Both the position numbers and the translations under genes were made by a program. Below the pieces are notes generated by a model. The model was not told the DNA's origin. It ran no database searches and saw nothing but the letters and a program-made list of their open reading frames with translations. A stretch of DNA of 58,496 bases from Spirogloea muscicola (lineage: Eukaryota). Below, piece after piece: positions 1-12,747 of this stretch. Within the stretch, counting starts at the first letter, position 1. The number at the start of each line of letters is the position of its first letter. The DNA lies in NCBI GenBank assembly GCA_009602725.1, contig WELB01000009.1, positions 218,374 to 276,869 on the forward strand. The letters run 5' to 3'.

Positions 1-1230
1 GTGAGCTTCTCCTCACACATGTCGTCAACGTCAGATGTCTCTAGGTCCTGTCCTTAATTGCATGCCTCCAGAGACTTTTATTCGTTTGATTAGCAGCACG
101 CAGTGGCAGCTCATTCTGTTTGTTCATTTGTCTCTGACTCGCACGTAATCTTAGAGAGCCCTCTCCTAGATTTTCAGTGGTGAGCGTCACAAGGAGCTAC
201 ATTAAGAATCAGCAAATCGAGCTGGTACCAGGAAGATGTGTAGGAACATGCCAATGTGTTCTTCTCCGCTAGTACAATGAACCAATGTAGCAGTTGGTCT
301 TGTCCTTGCTCATGTATGACATTCTGGTAGTGTGAAGGGGTGATGTCTGGTTAAGTTGGCATACTGCTGCTGTGCAGGACTTGCTCTCAAGACGTTCAAT
401 GTCTGGTTGCAAATGTACCCCCTCTCTGCACGGTGGTGGTATACTGTCACAATGAGATAATTCATAAAAGCCCCGGTACGTGTTTTCTGTACACCTGTCT
501 CTGATTCCAGCATTGTGATACACAATACAAGAGTTAGAAATAGGTGATGATGTCCAACGGAGTTCTGTTGGCTGTGGGTCCTCTGTCGTGAGTCAACGAC
601 ATCATTGAGGGTTGGACTGAAGCTGATGATCTAGGTGTCTGTAGTCGCTTCTACCCAACATGTCACTTTGGAGGTGCGGCAAGTGTTAAAGCGGCAATGA
701 CACATGTAGCATTGGAGTGATATCATCTTGGTATGAGGCAGGCACGCTCACAAAGTGGACATCGAAGAGTGTCGTAGGGAAAGACGATGACATGGAGCTC
801 ATGGAGATGAACATAAGCCCTGGCAGAGGTCCAATAGATACTCTTCTTCCTCAAACAACGCGAGTGCATGAGGAGAAGCTCACAATTGAGGAAGAGCCCT
901 TGAAGACATCGCCATTGCTCCTTTTGACGGCTTCGCAAGAGACCAAAGTGCACCACATTCATCTGCCCATGGTAGCATCAGGTCGTTAATGGACTATGAT
1001 CAGCTGCCTTCTCATCCCTTTTCTTTGCCATTGCCAATGCTGCCAAATGAATGCCCCTCATTGACACCTCCATCCAATAGTGCTCCGTCTGGTGACCATG
1101 CTAATCACCACCATCACTGATGCTCATCACTTCTGGAAGTGAGCCGGAAAGAAGGCTTTGCACTTTCAGCAGTCAACGTTACCGCCAAGTTTACCCTCTG
1201 ACTTTGCTGTTTTCCTCTATTAAATTCCAG

Positions 1231-1595
1231 GTGAGTGTCTTGGAGACACTGGCCTGTACGAATATTCCAGCAACAGCTCCAGCAGTGGTAGTGTAAGGCA
1301 GGAGTCGCCCCGCACTGTTCTTGAAGTGAGTTCCTCAGGTAATGCAAACGGCACATGAAAAACATCCACTGCTCTCTGTAATCAATACTTCACAGGAGGT
1401 CCTTCAGTACCAGTGGCTACACTCATCAAGCGCAACTACGAAGAACCACTCCATTCAGTTTAACAAAGCAGCTTGAAAGTTCCAGGCAATACTGATGACA
1501 AGTATTCCTGCATGTTTCTAGGTTCTGAGGATGGATGTAGCCCTGGCATGAGACACTCGGGAACAACGTCAATGTACTCACAACCTGGAACCGAA
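1231..1595 (+). CDS. Probable small upstream exons of the kinase gene (Ser-rich N-terminal region)
   Basis: AG/GT-bounded open segment 1231-1325 reads (G)ECLGDTGLYEYSSNSSSSGSVRQESPRTVLE|gtgagt. A second candidate exon lies at ~1522-1596. Linkage to the kinase is inferred only. Confidence 0.35.
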
Positions 1596-2335
1596 GGTAC
1601 AGAAACTACTCATAGATAGCCACACGCCATTATCCTGATTGCAAAGATTAGCAAAGCTCTTGATGGCCAACTGTTCTTATACTGAGTCAAAGGAGCTGAC
1701 TGCTTTGTAATTAAAGAAGGTTTCGATTGTCAAGTAGAAGAGAGCACTGAAACAGCTTCAGAGTGCTCCAGTAATTTGCAAGGATAGTCACATTCTGCAT
1801 GCTGATGTTCTTAGAGCTCTGTAAGCCGGCAGTAGCCTTGTGCATTGCAATCTCCCCAGGTTCTCATGCATTTGCTGTAAGCACTTGAACATGCTATGTG
1901 AGAGTGCACACGGTCATAGGACACACTGTACTTGCATACACGCCCAGTGCATCTAAGCTACTTGATGTCTGACCCTGTCATAGGCCCTGTTGACAGTGGT
2001 CGAATATGGGCTGACTTCCATGAGGTGACACAAACATTCCTTACAAGCGGCATGTTCATTATGATATTCTAGTTTCCTGGTCCTTTCATATGCGGTGTCA
2101 GAGAGGCCTGCAAGTGGAGGTGCTACTCAGACGGTGTGCTAGTACGTCCTGCTGCTCTTCAGATCGCCATATGCTGACTGAGTAAACAGAAAATATTGAT
2201 TTGGCCACCACCCAACTTATGCTCGAGCAGTGATCTGTCCTGCAAGCGTCTGACTACTGTGATAAGCAGTGTTTGTTGTGTGACAAGGCGAAGTGAGATG
2301 CTCATCTTTTGTAGCTTACTGGTCGTGCACAGCAG

Positions 2336-4763
2336 AGTGTTGCGGAGGATACGCCTACCTGTGAGCTGGAGGCCTGCATGATTGCACTTGCCACCAAGGC
2401 GTACAGTCTTTGGCAGTTAGTAGTTGCAACCAACGACTTTGCAGCAGCCAATCTACTTGGGATGGGAGGATGTGGACTCGTCTTCAAGGGCTTCATTCCT
2501 GGAGAAGGGCCCATTGCAGGTGCATTCAAGAAGGAGAAACCCTTCTCTGGTATGATGTTTCCGTTCCGTTTGAAGCCACATTTTGCTTCCAACCGATGTC
2601 CTTCATGATGACTTGTGTTGTAATTTCCAGTCAAGAAGATGGGCAGAGCAGATGGTGGAGGCATCAGGCAGTTGATGACCGAAGTCAAGGTCTTGAGCAG
2701 AGTGCGCCACAAGAATGTGGTACACCTGCGTGGCCATTGCCTCGAGGAAGGCCAGTGTCTGCTCGTATTCGACCTGTACTCTCAAGGTTCCCTTCATGAC
2801 AAGCTCCACGGTATGTCTTGCAATTGGAAGGAACGCCTCTCATGGTCAGTGTGAATCCATCTTGCCTGCGTTGGCCATGCGAGCTGCAAGTCCTCCTTTT
2901 CAGACTCTTACAGTAGGCATTGTGCCCTGCTTCTAGATACAGGGAGCAATGTTGCTTTGTCATACATCAGCAGAAACTTTCCGTTTGCTTATCTGCTCTA
3001 TGTCTTTCTACTGCAGATTCATGTGAGGACTTACCATGGAGAGCTCGCCACAGAGTAGCACTTGGCACATCAAAATGCCTTCACTATCTGCACGAGCAAT
3101 GTGATGAGACCATCATTCACTGCGACATCAAGTCAGCCAATGTCCTACTTACAGACGACTTTGATGCACAGGTGAGGCCACTCTACTTAGCAATCACCTC
3201 TGCCGACAGCGCCTGTATTTGAAATTACATGCTATGCACAAGTGGCATAGCAAGAGATGAACATGATATCACATTCTGTCGTCGTATTGTCCTTGTGCTC
3301 TATAATTGCTGCTTACAGATAAGATGTGATCATGCAAGTAGAGGCTGATGGTTTGTGTCGAGCGAAGGTGGCTGATTTTGGGATGGCCAAGTTGTACAGT
3401 GATAAGGAAACACGTCCTTCTTGCTCAACGTATTTGTCTGGCACTGTGGGGTATGTCTCATACACGGTGCCCCTCAGATTGTGTCAATTCTGAGGCATAT
3501 ACATCCTGCTATATTGGACTAAGATAGTGCTTGGACAGCACCATGCTATATGCTCTTCCTGAAGGCCTACTTAGCGTTGCGTTCCTGAGCATTCTGTCAC
3601 ATACGCTCCCGCCATCTTAGTAGCAATGATCATCGTAACCTGACAAAGCCACTACTTCCTAGATGAGACTTGTCTACTTCCGCTCTTGCTGCTAATATTG
3701 CCTCCTATCAACGACTGGCGTCTCTGCCCTGTGTATGCATATGATGCAAAGCTGGACCCTTACCCTTGCCCTTGAAATGTTGTCACATAGGTAAGGTGCT
3801 GAAATGACTGTGCAATTCTCTGTTGCAGGTACATCGCTCCTGAATGTTATACAGCTGGGGAATTCAATGTCAAGACCGATGTCTACTCATTTGGTGTACT
3901 ATTGCTGGAGCTGATAAGTGGGAAACGCGCAGTTGCCTCCTACAACGCCTCAAAGATCCCCCGCAATCTTCTGGCCTGGGTGAGTGCTTGCCAATTGACA
4001 TGAGAGTTAAGAGGATGCTTCGGTGCCCCTTTCGAATCCGTAATCACAGTCCTTGGGCTCCTGGTAGTGTATTCTAAGTTGGGGCTCGAAGCACGTGCTT
4101 GCAAGTCGTGACGCCGCGTTGCTCCGGTTGGCCTTTCGGCCTGGCAGGCTCGACCAGTACTCACATTTGGCCACGATGAGTTATTGGTCGATCCAAAGCT
4201 GGGTGGCGACTTCGACCAGCAACAGCTGACCAGGATGGTGCACGCGGCCTCATTGTGTATCAGCGAAGACCCCGTCAAGAGGCCATCTATTAGTCAGGTA
4301 CTGGGAGCTTTCTGCCGCAGCTTCATGAGTCTGTGCGTTTCAGCATAGGCTTAGCAGCTCCTCACCCAATAATGGAAGCCTTGCGGGCTTTATCGAGGGT
4401 GACTGTCTTTGCCATCGTCTACCCTTTTTGCAGGTGGTGCACATGTTGGAAGACCCATCCGTGTATGGGCACTTGCCAGACACTGACGGCGCCGGTAGCT
4501 ACAAGAAAGGTCTGCACCACCGTGTGAAGCAAGCTCCCAAGCTGGTGGAGAGCTGGAGCAGTGGCCCCACTATGATGCGCCACTTGCGACTCCTCTCTGA
4601 GGACTGCCCCGAGCAGGATGTAGCATCGTGGGGCCAGAATGTTGTTGGCATCGACACGGCTCACCAGGACGCTTGCTTGATGGGAGACACAAGTAAGCAA
4701 TCAAGTCGGCGATGTTGGACACTGAGGATGCGCGGCCGTGACGATTGTGCAACTGGACGCTGA
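2336..4763 (+). CDS. RLK/Pelle-family Ser/Thr protein kinase (kinase domain; non-RD); 5' end not defined
   Basis: Spliced exons ~2336-2519, 2631-2810, 3017-3171, 3368-3450, 3829-3979, 4148-4297, 4434-4763 give [89 protein letters not shown] and KRPSISQVV. All introns are GT-AG and in phase. Confidence 0.9.
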
Positions 4764-6504
4764 GTGCACATCTTCTTCTTGTTGTGTACTCTTCATGTGC
4801 ACACAGAAGACTTGGCCGACTCCAATTCCTTCCACTCTTACAAGTTCGTATGTCAGCATAGGCATTGTCGGCAAGTACACTGACAAATGACAAGTACATG
4901 GTCAGCAGATGCGCAACTTGGCTGTCTCCCTAGATAACAATTTAAGACTGATTCCTGACTCTCTCTTGCCTTCATCCATGAACACGTGGAGCACTTATTA
5001 CCAACCTGCAATGTCCTCCCAATATCATACATACTATACATACCAGATGTAACACAGGTTACTATTCAGATAGACAGATTGAGCAAATGCATCTCATTGT
5101 GACCCCAACAATTGGTGCTCTTGCCTCCACGTGAAAGACCTTGTCCTCTATGCTGGGGTATGACACATGGCTGCATAAGTTGTGATGTCAAGTGCAGATT
5201 GGTAGAGGAAATAAACAGAAAATCCAATGCTTACGACAGCCACTGATAATTTGCTGATGGAGTATGTTGTCAGTAGCTCTTACATTTCGATCACTCACCT
5301 CTGCTTGTGATTGTGCAAACGACTACCTTCCTCTGAGAATGATGTCATCGATATGAGCCAAGCCATGGCCATCGTGTAGCCACAATGCACACTTGGGGGT
5401 AGAGAGAAGGCGCGCGGTGCGCATGAAACTGAAAGGGAGGCCAATTCTAGCCTCACAAATGTCCCGCTAACTGGGTAATGAGCTGGCTAAGGGGGACGCT
5501 AGTATCCCCGAGTAAGCACATGCATATCTGACAAGCTATACTGAGGCGCCAAACTACCACCAAGGAAGCCACTAGCCTGGGCTAATGCACGACCAGCACA
5601 CTGGTGAATCGCGAGTGCCTGGGAGCGCTGCAGACTTAATGATAGCCGCATCCTATAGCATGCTACGATGGCTTGCGGGACGCTAGAATGCCCTAAGCTA
5701 CACTTGGGGTTAGAGGTTGCCAGCTGTCAGACCTTCCTCTGTTGGAACAAGTGTACATTGGCGTCCTTGCATTGGACTGGAGCCACAGGCAAGCAAAGCG
5801 CTGTATGCACTTTGACCGACTGTCAATGTTTGTGAACATTACACCGAGAACATTTACAATGTAGGCCTGGACACAAGAAAACAACAGGTGCTACATATGA
5901 TACAATTATCGCGATCATGCATCTACAGTCTCCGCACTCTGTGCAGCTGCCTGAGTCCTTGGGCGTCCTTCCACACAAAATGACTTCCAAGGCGATGCTG
6001 CACGGAGCTGCGCTGTAGATGCTCAGCTCACGCAGCTGCCCATTGTCCCATCAAAAAGCACAAACCACCGAAGAGCTTCTGCTTGGAGGGTAAGATGACC
6101 ATCTCCTGTAGCCTCCTCCTGAGGTCATTGTGCAGGGCCATCTTGACGGTGACAACAATAGGCGAATCTTCTTGTACAACAGTCCCTACAGCAGCATATG
6201 CAGGAGCACCCCTTGGTGTGTTAGCCCAAGCCCAGCAAGCTCCTCACTACATCGAGCCCCAAAGAAGGGGGGTCCCTGCGGCACTGTACACAGTTGCCTA
6301 CCACGGAATGTACCAAAGCTCAATCAACCAATGGGCCATTTGGAAAATCTCATCTGAGTCATTGAGCTGTCAAAAGCAGATGCAGGCAAGTCACGGCAAG
6401 TCACTGCGAGCTAGGCGCTTACCCTCCACCTTGCTTGCTGAAACGGCATCCACGGCGGCAGGGATGCATCACTGTAGGCGTCAAGTGATCCAACTGTCTT
6501 CAGA

Positions 6505-8021
6505 CTAGTCGCTATTGTCGCTGCTGTCATAGGACGACACCAAGGAGGCGAGGCCGCCAGGGCCTTGGGCAGCGGCGGCAGTAGCCCCGTTGACTGGTCC
6601 AGGGACCGCACCTGCAGCCAGCGGTGCCTTCACCACCAGGGACGAGGGCGGGCCACCGCCACTCGCCTTGACCTTCACAGCGAACGTCACCGGCAACGCC
6701 CGCACCGCAAAGCCCGCATCCCGCTTCTTCGCCGGGTGCTGGCCTGGCTCGCTCGCCCTTGCACGCTTCACCGAGTCCGCTGGTTCAGCAGCAGCAACAC
6801 TCTCCTTGGCGCTCTGCTGCGGCTCTTGAAGCGCCTCGGGGTTGCCGTTCGCCACAGCAGCGCGAAGCTCACCATCCTGTCCTGCCTCGCTCCTCTCCGC
6901 CACGTCGGCCTCAGGAACTGCGCTCTCCTCCTCGTCCTCCTCATCATAGTCAATCGCGACGCCGTCGTCGACGGCGCCCCTGTCGGCAGCAGCCGCCGCG
7001 CCACCGGCCTTGGTGTACCGACGCACGAGGCCGCCGGCGAGCGGGCTCTGGAACACCACCGAGCGCAGCAGCGCCTCGTCCTCGGCGTCCAGCTCCGCGT
7101 CGGAGCGCGGCGCCGCTGGCGCGGCCGTGCGCTGCAGTGCGGCGAGCATGGCGTCGGTGCCCACGCCCGCCTGGCGCGCCCGCATCGTGCGCATCTCGTC
7201 CAGCGCCGCCATGATGTCCATCTCGCGCTTGGACTCGGCCGTCCGGTTCTCCAGGCTCTTCATGGCGTTGCCCATCTCCTCGGCCTCGCGCTCCCGCCGC
7301 GCCACGTCCTCAGCCTCGTCCTTGGCGCGCCACGGCTCGAAGTTGCGCGTCGCCCCGGCCTCCTGCGCATTCAGTGTAATTGCGTGAATTCATTCTAATT
7401 GCTCTAGCAACTGTCAGTACAAGAAAACTCTATCAAGCTATTAATATAGCTGAATTCTAATGAATTGTAATACCGACCTGGAAAATGTTAGTCAGACAAT
7501 CCACGTCCTTGTGAGCAGCTGCTTGATGAGTCCTGGCCCTGTGGGTCTCGATAGAAGTGGGAGATCAAGAGCCGGAGACGGCAGCTGAGAGAGCGCACCA
7601 TGGTGTAGTCGCTGTTCTGGGGGTCCGTCTTCATGACGAGCTCGGCGGAGCAGCGCGTGCACTTGAAGTAGAACCGGAAGATCTGGATGCCCAGGTACGC
7701 CTCGCCCACCGCGTCCTCTTTCTTGCTATTGAATTTTTTTCCCTTGTAGATGTAGTTGCCGCATGTGCTGCACCGGATGCTCATTGGCAGCATCATGCGC
7801 ACCTGGGCGTTTGAGATTTAGGGTTTAGGAATTTGGGTACTCAGAGTAAGGGTTAGGGTTTATGGGCCGCGCTCAAGGCGAAAGCCCATCTCGACGGCGA
7901 CGGCGGCGGCAGTGGCGGCGCTCACCTTCATCTGTGCATTCTTGGGCTGCTTGCGGCGTGGGATCGTGGCGGGGTCGAAGTCCGGCGGGTAGTACTTGTT
8001 CAGCACCTTGCGCTCCCCCAT
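6505..8021 (-). CDS. YJU2: Splicing factor YJU2/CCDC94 (CWC16 family)
   Basis: Exons 8021-7926, 7802-7599, 7362-6505 give [67 protein letters not shown] and [11 protein letters not shown], about 385 aa. Confidence 0.95.
7817..7860. promoter_or_regulatory. Telo-box-like/telomeric TTTAGGG motifs in intron 1 of YJU2
   Basis: Sequence tttagggtttagg...taagggttagggttt, i.e. AAACCCTA on the sense strand of YJU2. Confidence 0.5.
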
Positions 8022-8978
8022 GGCGGCGGCGGCGGCGGCGGCGGCGGCGGAGGCGGCGACAAAGTAGGGCAATCGACGACCTAATCAGTCCATCAGATTC
8101 CGGCCGGGTGTGAATACAGTGGAGCGCCGTTCCAGGAGGCCAGTGTGAAGATGTTCCCCAGGTCCTGAGGAGCCTGTTCACACTGGTGCTTTCCCGCTTG
8201 GTCTCGAGGGCTTTGGCCCGCGCCTCGCGGGCACGTGGCGCACCCCGGGCGGCTGCCGCCGGCGGGCAGCCGCGCGACGTGGCGGGCTACAGCGCCAATC
8301 GCTGGGGCGAGCGCGCNCGCGCGGCCGGTGGCCCGCCCGGGCGCGGGCCAATGGGCGGCCAGGAACGGATCGGGCCCCGCGCGGAAATATCCCGGCGCGA
8401 CCCACCCCGCGGCGCGCTAAAGATCCGGCCACGTCGGCGGCGCGCTTTTTCCGCTTTCCGCCCCGCGGATGGCCGCGCCGCACCGGCCGCCGATGCGCGC
8501 CATCGTACGGCGCGCCGCGGCGCGGTGAAATATCTCCGCGCCCTCGGCCCCCCCCCCCCAGCTATGGAGGCCGGACCCGCGCTACAGATCTTTTGCCGGG
8601 CGGCCATTAGCCCCGCTGGCTATGGCGGGTCAGGGCCCCCCCTCGATCCCCCCCCGCCCCCCACCTTCCGCTACGGCCGATATTTCCTCTCACCGCCATC
8701 CGCGCCGCACCGCCGCCGCCGCCGCCTCCGCCGCCGCCGAGGCCGCCGTTCTCGCCGCAGCGCTTCTGGCCTGGCTCTGAGAGCCGCCACGCCGCCTTGA
8801 GCGGGGGCCATCGCAGGGCCAGGCCGTGCTCGGGGGCTCGGCAGGGCCGTGCGATGCAGGCCGGGATCTCTTGGCCGCCTCCTTCGCTGGCGCAGGAGCG
8901 GCGCCGCCGCCGTAGCTCGGCAGGCTGGGCAGCGCCGCCGTTACCGACGACGCTGGCATCCTTGTGACGTCGCCGGTC

Positions 8979-11900
8979 ATGAGGAGCACCGAGGTCGCCA
9001 CCATGGGGGACGCGTCCGCTGACAAGCAGAGCCCGCGCGAGCGAGCCAGGACGCTGCAGCCCTTCGCCGCCAAGCCCATGAAGCGCGAGGCCGGCGCCTG
9101 CCCCGCCGCCACGGCCACCGGCGCCAACGCCCTGGCCAAGCCGCAGCGGGCTGCGGAGGTCGTGCACGGCGTCTTCGGCAAGATTGCGCTCATCCGGCGC
9201 GGCGACGAGGAGGACGAGGCGGCATTGGAGCTAGTGCGCCGGGAGCTCGACGCCAAGTATCCGGCCGGTTCTGCGGCGGCGGCGGGCGCAGCGGAGAGCG
9301 ACAGCACCAGCAGTGGCTGCCGCGGTCGCGGAATGGACTCGGAGAGCGACGAAGGCGGCGCAGTCGTGGAGGCCGGGCCGCAGGTGTGCTGGGAGACCTT
9401 CCTGCCGCAGCGCCACCTCAAGGTGCTGCTCGTGGAGGACGATGACTCCACACGGCATGTCGTCTGTGCGCTCCTGAGAAACTGCAACTACGAAGGTGAG
9501 GGCTGCAGCCACCGTAACTTTGCCCAACTTAGCCTTTGCCTTTGCCTATCTAGCAACTCTTCCACCATCACCTCCTGGTGTGTATCTGTGTATCTGTGTA
9601 TCTGGCATACCTCCTGCCTGGCTGCCATTCATTGTATCACAGTAACAGACAGCCAGAGATTATGGAATGGGAACACGTAACGGACTTATAGACTTCAGGT
9701 AGGACGTACTGCTAAGGGTCAGGCTTGCTGTTGGCAATTAAGACACTGTGGCTCTGGGCTCCCTACTGCTACTCTGGTATGGACGTCCAGGGCTGACGCA
9801 AGCAGAGTCACCTGCATTGCAGTAATCCCAGCGTCCAACGGGCAGCAGGCGCTGGAGCTCCTGGAGGACCGGAACAACTGGTTCGACCTGGTGCTCACGG
9901 ACGTCGTGATGCCCGGCCTGAGCGGCATTGCGCTGCTCACCAAGATCATGCAGCTTGACATCTCTCGCCGCTTGCCCGTGATCAGTAAGCCGCGCTTTCC
10001 CTCTGCTACTCACTCCTCCCCTAACTTGCTTCGTTGCCATCCACATTACTCAGGCAGGTTATCGGACATTGTGCCACCATCATGGTGGCAGTGCATCGCA
10101 TCACTCCGTCATCTGCACTACTAGTCCTGTCCCTAACAGTGAGACAATCCTCTGGCTGCCCACTCGCGCAGTGATGTCGTCGCTGGACTCCATCGACATG
10201 GTGCTCAAGTGCCTGCAGAAGGGCGCATCCGATTTTCTCGTGAAGCCCGTCCGCAAGAACGAGCTCAAGAACCTCTGGCAGCATGTGTGGCGCAAGTGCA
10301 ACAGCGTGAGTTCTCCATTGCTGCTGCAGGCACATCTGCTGTTGCGAACATGCTGCGGAAGATCTTGTCCTCAGTGCAAGATCTAGCACATCAGGCGCTT
10401 GGCTTGACTCTGTTGAAATTGCTGGGATGTCCATCCGTGCGCAGTCAAGCGGCAGTGGCAGCGGCAGCGGCATGTCTGGATTCATGGGCGAGGACATACC
10501 GCAGGATTTGCCAACAGGGGAGGCGATTGTTGGGGAGGACCTGCGCAAGGAGAGCCCACAGTCACACTCGCCGACGCCGACGTCCTCACCCTCGCCCGAT
10601 GAGAGGCCGTCCACCTCGGGGGCAGGTCGCAACGAGGCCTGCATGGACGGCGACGAGGAGCGTGAGCAGGACAATGAGGAGGAGGATGACGATGTCGATG
10701 AGGATGGGGATGATGGTGCACAGGATGATGATGGATCTGGTGGCTCAACGTCCATCCTTGCCGCAGACTTGATTGGCGCCATGGCCAACAAGCCGATCAA
10801 GCAGCAAGGCGGGGGTGGCGGCGTGGGTGGTGGCGGCGGTGGCGGCGGCAGCGGCAGCGGCGGAATGGTGGGTGGTGGTGGAGGTGGCGGCAATGATGCC
10901 AAGTCTCCGCTGGGCAGCAACAGCGGCAAGGACGAGGCTGACCTCGACGGCCGCTGCGACGCTGATGGCAACGAGGTGCTCGACCGCGGTGGCAGCAATA
11001 GCCCCAAGATGAAAAGCTCTGGCGATGAGGACGATGGCGAGCACCTGCCGCTGCTGGAGCTGACGCTGAAGCGGCCACGGGAATCAGAGGAGCAGCAGCA
11101 AGAGGAGCGCCGCATCCTGCACCAGTCTGGTGGCTCTGCTTTCTCAAGGTCAGAAGCAGCACCAGTGACCAGGCCATCTACATATACATTGCCAAGCTGA
11201 TGAGTCCTTTTGCCGATAAGTAGGCGCGATGCTGTGACAATGGTAGTCCTTCTGAACCTGGCAGCTCCTGCTTGCCTTGATGTTGCTGTGCAGGTACAGC
11301 ACAAGTGGCGTGCTCACTCAGCAGCAGTCGCCGTATACTCACAATGGGGGTGGCCATAACCAGGAGATCAGCAGCCCGAGAAGGTAGGGAACCCTCTTCT
11401 ACCTCCTCCAGCCTGCTGTTTTTGCAGAGGACTTGTGCAGCGTGTCACACTTGCATCACTTCCATCTTTTTGACGATCACTGCACATCAGCCTTTGCTGA
11501 CGGTTATTAAATATCAGCAAGTTTTCTTGTAGAGGCGCAGCCCTTCTCATCGACAGTGAAAGGAATGTACTTGGATGATGACCTGACACCATGAGAACTT
11601 GCTTCTGCTCACAGAGAACCAGGGCCCATGTACGCGGGTCAGGCTCCACTAGAGGATGAGGGCTCTGACGACCCTGGTAACGGAGGATCTGGCGCACTGC
11701 CTGTGGTGGCGCTGCCACCCGGTATGCACGGCTTCAAGTGCCATGTATCGCCCCCGTATGGCGTGCACCCTCTCTACTACCAACGCGGCGTTGGCGGCCC
11801 ACCGTCCATGTGGGCACTGGATCAGGAACACTACAGCGGTGGCGGTGGCGGTGGCGGTGGCGGTGGCGGTGGCGGTGGCGGGGGCAACGGCGGCAGCGGC

Positions 11901-12747
11901 GGCGGTGGCATTGGCAGCTCTTTTGAGGATTCCCCATATGGTGGCCCGCCGCCACCGCCGCACTATCGCCACTACCAGCACAGCGGCCATGCACATGCGC
12001 ATGCGCAACGGCAGCATTACCACAGTCATCATCACCACCACGGGGGTGGCCACCACCAGCACCATCACCGGCGACCACCCTTGGACCCGTTCAGCACTGT
12101 AAGGGCTACACAGCAGGAGGCGACTGGATCACTGGCGATGGCTGCTAGCTCCAACCTTGAGATGACTCTGGCCGACAATGGCAGCGGCAGCAGCCAGGGG
12201 TACATTTGTAACGGCACTGGCAGCGGCAGTGGTGCTGGTGGCAGAGCTGGCAGCGGGAGTGGCGCCGGCAGCAACCAGGTGGCACAGAATGGGAGCCACA
12301 GCGGCAGCCCTGTGGTTGGCAGGCTGGATGTGGAGAGCGGCGGGTGCAAAAGTGGCAGTCCGTGGGGTAATGGTCAAACCGTCACGGCCGGCGATTCTGG
12401 TGCCGGTGTTGTCGGCCCAGCCCATAATCGGTTGGCCAGGCGGGAAGCTGCACTGACCAAGTTCCGGCAGAAGCGTACGGAGCGGTGCTTTGAGAAAAAG
12501 GTCAGCTTTCCATCTGTGGTTCTGATGACATTGCCCATATCTTCTTTGCTTGAGGGTCTGTGGTTGGTGGTTGTCAAACTGCATACAAGTCAACAAACAG
12601 CCATTTGACAGCTGGCCCCATGCATGATTTCAGGTGCGCTACCAGAGCCGGAAGCGCCTGGCCGAGCAGCGTCCTCGCGTGCGCGGTCAGTTTGTGCGGC
12701 AGAGTGCCAGTGAGGCAGCAGTGCTGATACCAGAGCAGGCCAGATAA
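8979..12747 (+). CDS. PRR: Pseudo-response regulator, PRR3/7-like (receiver + CCT) circadian clock protein
   Basis: Exons 8979-9495, 9823-9984, 10172-10305, 10445-11148, 11294-11383, 11615-12500, 12634-12747. Receiver: [27 protein letters not shown]...[10 protein letters not shown]...[21 protein letters not shown]. Also LELTLKR and SAFSRY motifs. [43 protein letters not shown]. Confidence 0.95.
11837..11910 (+). repeat. (GGTGGC)n poly-Gly coding microsatellite in PRR
   Basis: Tandem ggcggt units encode a poly-Gly tract. Confidence 0.85.

Noticed and set aside
10021..11304. 427-aa minus-strand ORF and similar long overlapping ORFs
   Set aside because: Antisense shadows of GC-rich, low-complexity coding exons with no recognisable domains.
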